Shown: positions 17,283 to 26,080 of the stretch, in pieces
Position numbering within the stretch: position 1 is the stretch's first letter
Layout: each line of letters begins with the position of its first letter
Assembly (NCBI GenBank): GCA_048940925.1
Contig: JBHLOC010000029.1
Location: forward strand, 33,299-62,425
Direction: 5' to 3'
Source of the DNA: Promethearchaeota archaeon
GTDB taxonomy: Archaea > Asgardarchaeota > Lokiarchaeia > Sigyniarchaeales > SOKP01
DNA: 29,127 bases
Program-made: the position numbers and the translations under genes
The notes under the pieces: generated by a model
The model's input: the letters and a program-made list of their open reading frames with translations, nothing else
What the model was told of the DNA's origin: nothing
Database searches by the model: none

Positions 17283-18650
17283 ATGGTTAATTTTAATAAG
17301 CTAAATGAGTTTTTACACAAAACCTCTATTCCTCAAAATATGTTAGATCGAGGACATATTGTGCTTAATAATTTTATGAAACCCTTAAAAATTCTGTTTG
17401 AACAAAAGAGCGTTCCAAAAGAATCTTGGAGTGATGAGCAAATTGAATATCTCCTAAGGACTCTTTCCAGTATGGATACGGATAAAGATAGTAAAGCAGC
17501 AAGAGTAGGAGAAAGAGAGGCAAGAATAGCATCAAAACTACATTTACAAACTTCTGCAGGATTTTGTCATGGAGTAGGAAGAAGTGGATTTCTAACAGCG
17601 CCCCAACCTAAAGCTCCTGGGGGATCAATCATGTATGAAATCTCTAATTATTTAGCGCGTGATATATTAAGGAATTTTGGATTACCAAATATAAGAAAAG
17701 CAATTGTAGTCCCATTATGTACCGGGATGTCTTTATCCTTAACATTAGGTGCTTTAAGACCTGATGGAGAGGATAAACATTTAAATAGTAAAAGAACTGT
17801 ATTGGTTCCTCAAATTGACCATAAATCTTTGTTAAAATCGATAGACTTAATGGGATTTAAAACTAAAATTGTAAAAGGCAAAATTTTTGGAGATTCTGTA
17901 AGGATTCCAACTGAGGATATAGAAAATAATATTGATGATGATTGTTATGCAATTGTCTCTATCACAAGTTTTTTTCCACCTAGAGAACCTGATAATATAA
18001 AGGAAATAAGCAAATTAGCACAGGAAAAAAACCTTAAACACATAGTCATCAATGCATATGGAGTTCAAAGTCCTGAGTGGATGAAATTAATTCGTTCTGC
18101 AATAGATACTGGGAGAGTTGATGCAATAATTCAATCAACTGATAAAAATTTTCTCACTCCTGTTGGAGGAGCATTGATTGCTTCTCCTATTAAAGAAAAT
18201 ATAACTAAGATCAGCCAAACTTATGCTGGAAGAGCATCAGCGACCCCAATTGTTAATTTTTTAATATCTATGCTCTCTTTAGGAGTTAATGGTTATCAAA
18301 AATTAATCGAAGAACAACAACAAAATAGAAAATTACTTGAAGAAAAATTATCAATTGTAGGGAATAATATAAATGAGAGAGTATTAGAAATTTATAATCC
18401 TGTTGCAGTGGCTTTATCTCTTGAAAATTTAAAAGAAGAAAATTTATTTGCAATTGGGGGGGCATTATATAATCTAAGAGTTACTGGACCTCGAGTATAT
18501 AATCCAAAAGAAAATGCATTTGGTACATGTTGTGAGAATTATCATACTCCATATATAGTAATGAATGCTGCGATAGGCTCAAAAACAAAAGATATTATAT
18601 CTGCTGTAGAAAGATTTGAAAAAGCTTATTTACAAATCACTCAAAAGTAA
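17283..18650 (+). CDS. spcS: O-phosphoseryl-tRNA(Sec) selenium transferase (SepSecS)
   Basis: MDTDKD...VGEREARI...FCHGVGRSG.L.APQPKAPG.S...TGMS...DHKS...FFPPR.PD...NAYGVQ...GRVDA.IQSTDKNF.TPVGG...YAGRAS. Confidence 0.96.
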   Translation: MVNFNKLNEFLHKTSIPQNMLDRGHIVLNNFMKPLKILFEQKSVPKESWSDEQIEYLLRTLSSMDTDKDSKAARVGEREARIASKLHLQTSAGFCHGVGRSGFLTAPQPKAPGGSIMYEISNYLARDILRNFGLPNIRKAIVVPLCTGMSLSLTLGALRPDGEDKHLNSKRTVLVPQIDHKSLLKSIDLMGFKTKIVKGKIFGDSVRIPTEDIENNIDDDCYAIVSITSFFPPREPDNIKEISKLAQEKNLKHIVINAYGVQSPEWMKLIRSAIDTGRVDAIIQSTDKNFLTPVGGALIASPIKENITKISQTYAGRASATPIVNFLISMLSLGVNGYQKLIEEQQQNRKLLEEKLSIVGNNINERVLEIYNPVAVALSLENLKEENLFAIGGALYNLRVTGPRVYNPKENAFGTCCENYHTPYIVMNAAIGSKTKDIISAVERFEKAYLQITQK

Positions 18651-18771
18651 GGATCCTTACCATATTTAAATTTTCTAATCAATCAGAAATAAAAATAATT
18701 AAAAACTAGAAGAACTATATTTTAATAAAATTTATTCTAACTTTATTTTAACAAAAAATAAGCGATTTTTT

Positions 18772-19452
18772 ATGGAGAACCGACTTTTAGATCAGTTTAA
18801 TAATGTAATTTCATCTCAATGGCAATTCAAGCAAATAGAAGAACAATATGAACCTTTAATCCCTCGAGATTTATTTGAATTAGCCTATCATACATGTAAC
18901 AGTATAGCTATGAGAAATATTTATATAAAACAGTCTGCTGATGAGAATCAAGGTGGTTCTAAGGCTATATTATATTCAAATACTAAAAAGTTTATTTCAA
19001 TAGAAGCCCTAGACTCTTCTTTAAAAATAACTAAATACTTTAGTGAAGGAAGTACAGGAGATAAGTTGATCTCTGAAACACAACCAATCTTTAAAGAAAG
19101 AAAAAAAAAATTTGCGGCTAAAGAATCAGATATTAAAACACAGATATTAAAATGTATTTTGGTTGAGAGAAAACTTGATGAATGTGTCAATTTAGTAATG
19201 TTAAAAGGAAACAATAGAAAAATATATTTTGCCATAGGTGATGCGAGAGAGTCGGCCGCTGTAGTTCCTATGTTCATGGAGGCTGAAGGGGCAAGTTTAG
19301 TACAATTAGCATTAAATAAATGGATGGAAGCAGCTCAAAGGTTGGATCATGAACAAAACTTTCCTGAAAATCTTATTCCCGGTATTCTTAAAAACTTAAC
19401 CCAAATTAAAAGATGGCTTCTTGATTTAATTAGTACTAACTTAGATAAATGA
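18772..19452 (+). CDS. Hypothetical protein
   Basis: 226-aa ORF with protein-like composition; no family recognised. Confidence 0.75.
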   Translation: MENRLLDQFNNVISSQWQFKQIEEQYEPLIPRDLFELAYHTCNSIAMRNIYIKQSADENQGGSKAILYSNTKKFISIEALDSSLKITKYFSEGSTGDKLISETQPIFKERKKKFAAKESDIKTQILKCILVERKLDECVNLVMLKGNNRKIYFAIGDARESAAVVPMFMEAEGASLVQLALNKWMEAAQRLDHEQNFPENLIPGILKNLTQIKRWLLDLISTNLDK

Positions 19453-19601
19453 TATGAATCTCATTTATTTTTAAAAAAAAATATTGTAGCTCAAAGTATT
19501 AACTTGAGTTAACTTTTAGAATATTCACAGATATATATCTAAACACGTGAAATAGATGTTTCACGAACTATATATTATAGATATGAAATAAAAATAAAAG
19601 A

Positions 19602-19787
19602 TGGGCCATCGGGGATTCGAACCCCGGATTTACCCGCTAAAAGGATAACACCTTTTAACTCTCAGGTTTTCATTGATAACGGACACAAATTTGTTCATTT
19701 ATCTTGTATGTCCGATGGTCATTTATAAGACCTGCGCTTGTTGACCAAGCATATAAAACCTTGTTAACCAGGCTGAGCTAATGGCCC
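19602..19787 (-). tRNA. tRNA-Ile (anticodon UAU) with three predicted introns
   Basis: Acceptor GGGCCAT/ATGGCCC plus A73; T arm CGGGG-TTCGAAT-CCCCG; anticodon stem CAGGT/ACCTG with loop CT-TAT-AA. Removing 19764-19740, 19722-19668 and about 19660-19630 gives a 75-nt cloverleaf. Confidence 0.82.
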
Positions 19788-20013
19788 TTGATATTTGTAT
19801 TTTGTATCTCTTCTGCCGAAATGCATATTTTCAATATAAATTTTTATTTATAACCCATTTCAATGCTAAAATATCTTGACTATAATTATAATCTAATAAA
19901 ATCAGAAAAAAGATAAAAATTTTTTTATGTTTGAAATATGTTATATTTATAATTGAATTTAAATTAACAAAAAACTAGTATATTTTCTATTGATATTTTG
20001 AGCGTGAATTGAC

Positions 20014-20427
20014 ATGGCTGAAATGTTAACAGACCTCCTACAAAATATCTATAAAAGAATCGCTCAATTAGGAGGATCCATTCAGGAGCTAAGTAACTCT
20101 CTCAATTCCTTAAATAAAAATATAGAGGAAAAAATAACAAATTTGAGTTCAAAATTAGAGGAATTTTCTACTGAGATTAATCTGACACAAACTAAACATA
20201 TTGATGCTGTTAAAGAGATAGGCGATATAACAACCAAGGAATTGAAAGTAGTACAAGAAGGATTAGGTTTAGATGCATTGAAGCTATTAATTAAGAAACT
20301 TGAGGATATAGTCAAGCTCTCTGAAAGTGTACTTAATCAAGATACAGTTAATTTACTTTTATCAGAAGCTATTGATTCTGTAAAGAAATTAAAAGAATCT
20401 ATTAAAGAAGAAGAGGTATTAGAGTAA
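20014..20427 (+). CDS. Coiled-coil protein (paralog A)
   Basis: All-helical heptad pattern; N-terminus resembles the next ORF. Confidence 0.75.
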   Translation: MAEMLTDLLQNIYKRIAQLGGSIQELSNSLNSLNKNIEEKITNLSSKLEEFSTEINLTQTKHIDAVKEIGDITTKELKVVQEGLGLDALKLLIKKLEDIVKLSESVLNQDTVNLLLSEAIDSVKKLKESIKEEEVLE

Positions 20428-20463
20428 ATTTTCATTTAAATTTCTTAATTAGGTGATAAAAAA

Positions 20464-20886
20464 TTGGCAGAACAACTTCTAGATGAAATGATACAAAAAA
20501 TAAATCAAATAATGAGCTCATTAGATGGAACTATAGCACAAATTAATCAAATGAGTGCTTCAATTAACCAAATGAGCCAAAATTTCTCTGAACAGACCGT
20601 TTCTATAACAGAAAACATTAGATTAATTGTAGAAGTGTTAAAACAATTTAGAATCCAATCAACAAAAAATCTTCAAGAAATTTCTGATGATTTTAATAAT
20701 AAAGTTAAAGAATTATGGGATAAAAAAGCAATCGAAACAATCACAGATGAAGAGAAAAAAGCAATTGACATAATAAAACAAGCTTCTAAGGCTGTTTCAG
20801 ATAATCTCTATTATGCTCAATTGTTAAATATTATTCAATCGATCAGAGAAGAAACTAATAGAATAATTAGTGCAAAACAATCTTAA
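20464..20886 (+). CDS. Coiled-coil protein (paralog B), TTG start
   Basis: Heptad pattern; AGGTGA SD-like motif upstream. Confidence 0.75.
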   Translation: MAEQLLDEMIQKINQIMSSLDGTIAQINQMSASINQMSQNFSEQTVSITENIRLIVEVLKQFRIQSTKNLQEISDDFNNKVKELWDKKAIETITDEEKKAIDIIKQASKAVSDNLYYAQLLNIIQSIREETNRIISAKQS

Positions 20887-20957
20887 ATGAATAAATTTTT
20901 TAATATTAAGTAGAATTCCTTTTAAAAAATAAAACTAAAAAAGGTGCTATCTTTTAT

Positions 20958-21863
20958 ATGCCCACAGGTATTTTTGTCGTATTATTACCGAGTGATTCTG
21001 ATTATAAAATTATGGGTTATTATTTTAAAGAAGGAGAACCTAATTTTGAAATTTCAAGTGATCTCTTTTTAAGATTAAACCTTGATCACTCAAAGAATGA
21101 GTATAACTTATTAAAACTAAAAGAGGTTATAATTTTCTCATATCTTCATAAAATTAAAGGGAAACTAGCAAGAAATGCCCATGGAATCATCCTTGGATTA
21201 TTGTTAAACGAAGATGAGGAACCTGAAAAATATCGTTCGTCCCTAAAAGAAGTAGCTGAAGCTTTTGAAATGCCAAGTTTAAATATATTAAAGAAATCTA
21301 AAGAAGAATTTGAATCTATTTTAAAAGATCTTTACTTAGACCATTTAGAACCATTAATTGATATACTTCAACCAGAATCGTTGAAAAATAATATTATAAA
21401 TATAACCAAATTCATGTTAAGTGGAGGTAAAAAAGAAAGAAAAATCGCTCAAGAGCTTTTAGAAAAGATTGAGAGGGGAGAACATATAAAAATTACTGAT
21501 AATTATAAGCTTGCCGAATCTGCTATGAAATCTTCAGAGTACGAAAAAGCTGCTAAATTCTATAGTAAAGCAGCAGAAATATCAGAGGAATTATATATAA
21601 TGGATATTGCTTCTTCTTTAAAAGAGAAAGCAGAATTTTTACAGCAAATTCCTGAATTATCAAAAGAAAGAGTAAAAACAGTTCAGGAGGCAAGAAATGC
21701 TTTGAAAAATGAAGATTTTCATACAGCATATAAATTATATAGAAGAGCAAGTGAAATTTCTAAAAAATTAATCCAATATGATAAAGAAGAGGAATATCGA
21801 TTGAAATCTAAAGCATTGGAAGATTTTTATAAGATAGATCAAAAGTATAGTAAGAATAAATAA
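20958..21863 (+). CDS. Longin/uDENN-like N-terminal domain plus TPR/MIT-like helical repeats
   Basis: MPTGIFVV..(beta)..GYY...(helix)...IFSY...IILGLLLNEDEEPEKYRSSLKEVA fits a longin topology; C-terminal repeats YEKAAKFYSKAAEIS and FHTAYKLYRRASEIS. Confidence 0.55.
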   Translation: MPTGIFVVLLPSDSDYKIMGYYFKEGEPNFEISSDLFLRLNLDHSKNEYNLLKLKEVIIFSYLHKIKGKLARNAHGIILGLLLNEDEEPEKYRSSLKEVAEAFEMPSLNILKKSKEEFESILKDLYLDHLEPLIDILQPESLKNNIINITKFMLSGGKKERKIAQELLEKIERGEHIKITDNYKLAESAMKSSEYEKAAKFYSKAAEISEELYIMDIASSLKEKAEFLQQIPELSKERVKTVQEARNALKNEDFHTAYKLYRRASEISKKLIQYDKEEEYRLKSKALEDFYKIDQKYSKNK

Positions 21864-21925
21864 ATTTTAAGTGTTATATTTATTACAATTTAGAGCTATT
21901 CAATAAATTCCTTGTTTTTCTTGAG

Positions 21926-22756
21926 ATGTCAGATTTTAATCAAAAAATTATTTGCTTATTAACTGATTTTGGTGTCAGAGGTCAACATTATGTCGCAAGC
22001 ATGAAAGGAGTAATCCTAAAAATAAATTCTACCATTAAGATCATAGATCTTTCGCACCAAGTAACACCTTATTCAATAATCGAAACCTCATTTATATTGA
22101 GGGCAACTTATAAGTATTTTCCTAGAGGAACAGTATTTATCATTGTAGTTGATCCTGGAGTGGGGAGTCCTCGAGAAATTTTAGCATTGCAAACAAACTC
22201 TAACTACTATTTTATTGGTCCAAATAATGGAATATTCTCTAGCTTTTTTGCTGATCAAATAATTGAATGTGTAGAAATTCAGAATGATAAATATTTTATT
22301 AAACCTACTTCAAATACATTTCATGGAAGAGATATAATGGCCCCAATAGGTGCTTATCTATTATCTGGTATTCCATTAGATAATTTTGGCCCTAAATTTA
22401 ATCTTAATGATTTAAAAGAATCTTCTGCTGTATACAAGATAGACATCGAAAAAAAAATCATTCGTTGTTCAATTCAATATGTCGATTCTTTTGGAAATGG
22501 AATAACTAATGTTCAGATTGAAAATAATAAAATCATGAATACTGAATTAAAAGTACCCGAGGGAGCAAATATTAAACTTCATATTAGAGGGAAAACATAT
22601 GAAGGTAATTATACATCTCAATTCTCGGATGTGTCCCCTAACACCCTTTTATTTCTTGTTGGATCAACTGGTTTTCTTGAAATTTCAATCAATCAGGGAA
22701 ATGCATCAAAAACATTAGCCTTCGATTCAGGAGAAATTATAACTATAAAGTTGTAA
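21926..22756 (+). CDS. SAM hydrolase / chlorinase-fluorinase family (DUF62)
   Basis: LLTDFG...YVASMKGVI...IDLSH...VVDPGVGS.R...GPNNG...SNTFHGRDI.AP...DSFGN...G.LEISINQG.A. Confidence 0.92.
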   Translation: MSDFNQKIICLLTDFGVRGQHYVASMKGVILKINSTIKIIDLSHQVTPYSIIETSFILRATYKYFPRGTVFIIVVDPGVGSPREILALQTNSNYYFIGPNNGIFSSFFADQIIECVEIQNDKYFIKPTSNTFHGRDIMAPIGAYLLSGIPLDNFGPKFNLNDLKESSAVYKIDIEKKIIRCSIQYVDSFGNGITNVQIENNKIMNTELKVPEGANIKLHIRGKTYEGNYTSQFSDVSPNTLLFLVGSTGFLEISINQGNASKTLAFDSGEIITIKL

Positions 22757-22772
22757 TGGAGAATAATAAAAA

Positions 22773-23894
22773 ATGGAGCAAGAACTTTTAGCATGTATTG
22801 ATAATGAAAACAAGAAATTTTTACAATCAGGCCAAATTTCTAAATATATTTTTCCAATGGAGCGATCAGAGGCTCATAATAAAAAGATAAGTCATTTAAT
22901 CACCAGATTTTTTATTATAACAATAAATACTGACGGAGAAATATTATATTTGGTTCAGAAAAGAGGAAAAAATAAGAAAACATATCCTGAATATTTTACT
23001 GACTCCTCTTCAGGACATATAAACTATGAAAAAAATTTGGATTTAAATAAAATTAAAAAAAATGCAATTAGAGAGCTGGAGGAAGAATTTGGTATCCCCA
23101 TAAGTGCTCTTCAAAAAGTGCTCTTTTATGATTTTAACACAGAAGAACAAGAAATCGCATACATTTTTTTCGGAATTGTTAAATCCGATGTTATTCTCCA
23201 TCCTGATCCTAAAGAATTGGAGGTTCAATCTAGTAGATTCTATACTAGAAATGAACTTGAAAATATATTGGAGCATAAGAAAAACGTTGATTACTCAAAG
23301 AAAATTTGGCAGAAAATATTAAATACTGATATAATCTCTCTTTTTGAAAAAGAGACAGAACCAATAAAAGAAAATGACAGCAAAATTGCGTTATTTATAG
23401 GCAGATTCCAGCCTTTGCATCATGGTCATATCTATGTTATTAGACAAATTTTAAAAAAATATGAATTAATAAAAATTGGAATCGGTAGCTCCCAAATATC
23501 ACATACAATTAATGATCCATTTACTAAAGAAGAAAGGAAAGACTTTATTAAGGCTGCTTTTGAAAAAAGGAATATTGCGTCAAATCGGTATGAGATCTAT
23601 TATATTCCAGATATTTTTAATGCAAACAAATGGGTAGATCATGTTATCTCAATTATTAGTGAATTTGATTCTGTGGTTTCTAATAGTGATTGGGTTAGAG
23701 AATTGTTTATTAAAAAAGGAATTAAAGTAGAGAAAAAAATATCCATTTTTCTAAAAAAATTTAATGGAAATAATATCAGAAACCTAATACTACAAAATAA
23801 TAAAAAGTGGAAAAATTTAGTGCCAAATGAAGTTATAGAATTAATCCAGGAATATAATGGAATTAATCGCATCAAAGCTTTAAGTAAAAAATAA
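22773..23894 (+). CDS. Fusion of an N-terminal Nudix (IDI-like) domain and a C-terminal NMN adenylyltransferase (NadM)
   Basis: QKR...K.TYP...SSSGH...AIRELEEEFGI, followed by ALFIGRFQPLHHGH...IGIGSSQ.SHT.NDPFT..ER...W..LVP. Confidence 0.85.
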   Translation: MEQELLACIDNENKKFLQSGQISKYIFPMERSEAHNKKISHLITRFFIITINTDGEILYLVQKRGKNKKTYPEYFTDSSSGHINYEKNLDLNKIKKNAIRELEEEFGIPISALQKVLFYDFNTEEQEIAYIFFGIVKSDVILHPDPKELEVQSSRFYTRNELENILEHKKNVDYSKKIWQKILNTDIISLFEKETEPIKENDSKIALFIGRFQPLHHGHIYVIRQILKKYELIKIGIGSSQISHTINDPFTKEERKDFIKAAFEKRNIASNRYEIYYIPDIFNANKWVDHVISIISEFDSVVSNSDWVRELFIKKGIKVEKKISIFLKKFNGNNIRNLILQNNKKWKNLVPNEVIELIQEYNGINRIKALSKK

Positions 23895-23902
23895 TCTAAC
23901 TC

Positions 23903-24964
23903 ATGAATGAAGCAAAATTTTTAGAGATAGAAGGGTCTTTAGGAGAGGGAGGTGGCTCAATACTCCGCTTGGGGGCTGGATTTTCAGTCCTATTCAATCA
24001 ACCAATTAAAATAATAAATATACGTGCAAATAGGCCTAAACCGGGATTAAGGTTACAACACCTAAAGGGATTAACGATGTTGGCAGAATTAACAAATAGT
24101 ATTCTCTCTAATTGTGAAGTGGGAACGAAAGAAATAACATTAATTCCTAAGATAATTCCAAAAAAACAAATTGAGGTTAATATTGGAACAGCCGGAAGTA
24201 TAGGTTTATTACTTCAACCAATTCAGATTGCATGCTTGGGATTTAATCAACCAGAGAAAATCGAAATCATAATAAATGGTGGAGGCACATTCGGTAAATG
24301 GGCTCCAAGTCTTAATTATCTTAAAGATGTCACATACCGAATTTTTAATAAGTCTGGTTTTAAAGTGGAAATTGATATTCTACAACATGGATTTTACCCC
24401 AAAGGAGGCGCTCATGTAAAATGTATTCTATATCCCCCTAAAAATAAACTAAAACCTATTCTTTTAACTGAACTGGGAAGAATGGAGCTAATTGAAGGTG
24501 AGATTATTTGCACTACTCACCTAAAAAAAAAGAATGTAGCTGAACGCATAATAAAGTCAGCTCAACAACAATTAAAAACATATGTAAAGATAAATAGTAA
24601 AATTAATTATAAGTACGTTAATTCTATAAGTCCAGGCGTAGGACTCTATTTAAGAGCATGCTCAGATACAGGAGCTATCATTTCTTCAGGAACAGTATTA
24701 GGGGAGAGAACTATTTCATCGGAAGAATTAGGTAAATTTGCGGCGAATGAACTTTTAAAATATATTAAGAATGATATTCCTGTTGACAATTATCTAAGCG
24801 ACCAATTAATACCTCTCATGGGATTCATTAATAAACCATCGAGAATTAAAGTTCTTGAACTTACTAGCCATACAAAAACTAATTTAGAATTAATTAAATT
24901 GTTTTCAAATAGAACTTATAAAATATATAAAGAAAATAACCATTTCATCATAGAATTTCAATAA
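23903..24964 (+). CDS. rtcA: RNA 3'-terminal phosphate cyclase
   Basis: GSLGEGGGSILR...NIRANRPKPGL..QHL...TAGSI.LLLQ...GFYPKGG...VD.YLSDQLI...TSHTKTN (catalytic His present). Confidence 0.93.
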   Translation: MNEAKFLEIEGSLGEGGGSILRLGAGFSVLFNQPIKIINIRANRPKPGLRLQHLKGLTMLAELTNSILSNCEVGTKEITLIPKIIPKKQIEVNIGTAGSIGLLLQPIQIACLGFNQPEKIEIIINGGGTFGKWAPSLNYLKDVTYRIFNKSGFKVEIDILQHGFYPKGGAHVKCILYPPKNKLKPILLTELGRMELIEGEIICTTHLKKKNVAERIIKSAQQQLKTYVKINSKINYKYVNSISPGVGLYLRACSDTGAIISSGTVLGERTISSEELGKFAANELLKYIKNDIPVDNYLSDQLIPLMGFINKPSRIKVLELTSHTKTNLELIKLFSNRTYKIYKENNHFIIEFQ

Positions 24965-25088
24965 TTATTTAAAAACTAAAACATAAGTAGAGTGATTATT
25001 ATTTTTTGATTAAAATTTAAAAGAAATTTTTAAAAGATCAATTTATTATATGATTATTAAAAATAAATTATAAGAATCAATAAGAAGA

Positions 25089-26018
25089 ATGTCTCAAACG
25101 GTTACTGTATTCCAACGTTGTCCTAGATGTGGAAATGAAAATCCTGCTGAAAGTTTTGCGTGTAATTTCTGTGGTGTTAGATTAAAAATAGAAAGAATTG
25201 AAAAATTTTCTATATTTAGAAGAGTGGAGAAAGAATGGATTAAACCTGAATCATGGTATACAAAGTTTTTTTGGCTTTTGGTAAAACCAAATCATGCTTT
25301 CTGGGACATCAATCATAAAAGGAGTAAAGCGCCTGGAGGATATATTCTATTATTTTGTTCTTTACTTTACGGACTTATGGGTTTAGCAGTTGCTTCTCAT
25401 TTTAATTTGGTTAGCTTCTCCCCATATTCCCCAATGGTAATATTTTTCTATTTTACTTTCTTTGTTACTTTCTTTGTATTTGGATTTTTTTTTCAATTAA
25501 TATTTTTTGCTATTTTAATATGGTTATTTACAAAAGGAGCAAACTACGCAGTAGGCTTTACAGAGCGATTAGAGACTCGCTTTGGAGGATTAAAAGAGAC
25601 AAAAGAAAAATATAAGGAGGCAGAGATTAGTCCATTTAGTATATATAAAGGAGGTACTATGTTGCAAATAGAGGCATCTCATAAATTTAGTATGATGCTA
25701 TGTGCCTTTACTCCTTTTATAGTAATTAACACTATTAAAATACTTATTATGCTAGTAGGCTTTCAGACAATACCCATCGAAGAATTCAATTATAATCTAT
25801 TTGATGAAATTTTAGATCAAATATTTGCTTCACCAACCTGGGGTGTTATAGATATGATAGATGCATTAACTATTGCAATTTGGGTCCCTATATTGACAAC
25901 TTTGGCTATTAGAGAACTAAGTAATTCTTCAACATCTCGAGTTTTAATTCCAAGTTTGATAATAGGTATTACTGTTGCAATAATATTCTATTTCTTACGT
26001 CCTACATTGTTTGGTTAA
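25089..26018 (+). CDS. Zinc-ribbon plus Yip1-family membrane protein
   Basis: CPRCG.EN...CNFCG ribbon; LLVKP..AFWDI motif followed by about 5 TM helices. Confidence 0.7.
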   Translation: MSQTVTVFQRCPRCGNENPAESFACNFCGVRLKIERIEKFSIFRRVEKEWIKPESWYTKFFWLLVKPNHAFWDINHKRSKAPGGYILLFCSLLYGLMGLAVASHFNLVSFSPYSPMVIFFYFTFFVTFFVFGFFFQLIFFAILIWLFTKGANYAVGFTERLETRFGGLKETKEKYKEAEISPFSIYKGGTMLQIEASHKFSMMLCAFTPFIVINTIKILIMLVGFQTIPIEEFNYNLFDEILDQIFASPTWGVIDMIDALTIAIWVPILTTLAIRELSNSSTSRVLIPSLIIGITVAIIFYFLRPTLFG

Positions 26019-26080
26019 ATTTATTAACTAATATTCCAATGTTTATATAAAATTCTTGTTTGTAAATTGTAAAACTGAAG

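Noticed and set aside
19450-19515. Selenoproteins via TGA readthrough (ORFs ending in TGA such as 18772-19452, roadblock, uS3) and SECIS elements
   Set aside because: Post-TGA extensions are short and unconvincing, and no credible SECIS stem-loop was found by eye; a covariance-model search would be needed to exclude one
19545-19566. Hairpin CGTGAAA...TTTCACG between convergent genes
   Set aside because: Could be a terminator or processing site but is too short to call
19602-19787. Alternative reading as tRNA-Ser(UGA) with the third hairpin as a long variable arm
   Set aside because: A73 discriminator, Ile-type acceptor and BHB geometry favour UAU with a variable-loop intron
23903-24964. Functional link between rtcA and the intron-rich tRNAs
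   Set aside because: EndA cleavage already produces 2',3'-cyclic phosphate, the genes are about 4 kb apart, and proximity is the only evidence
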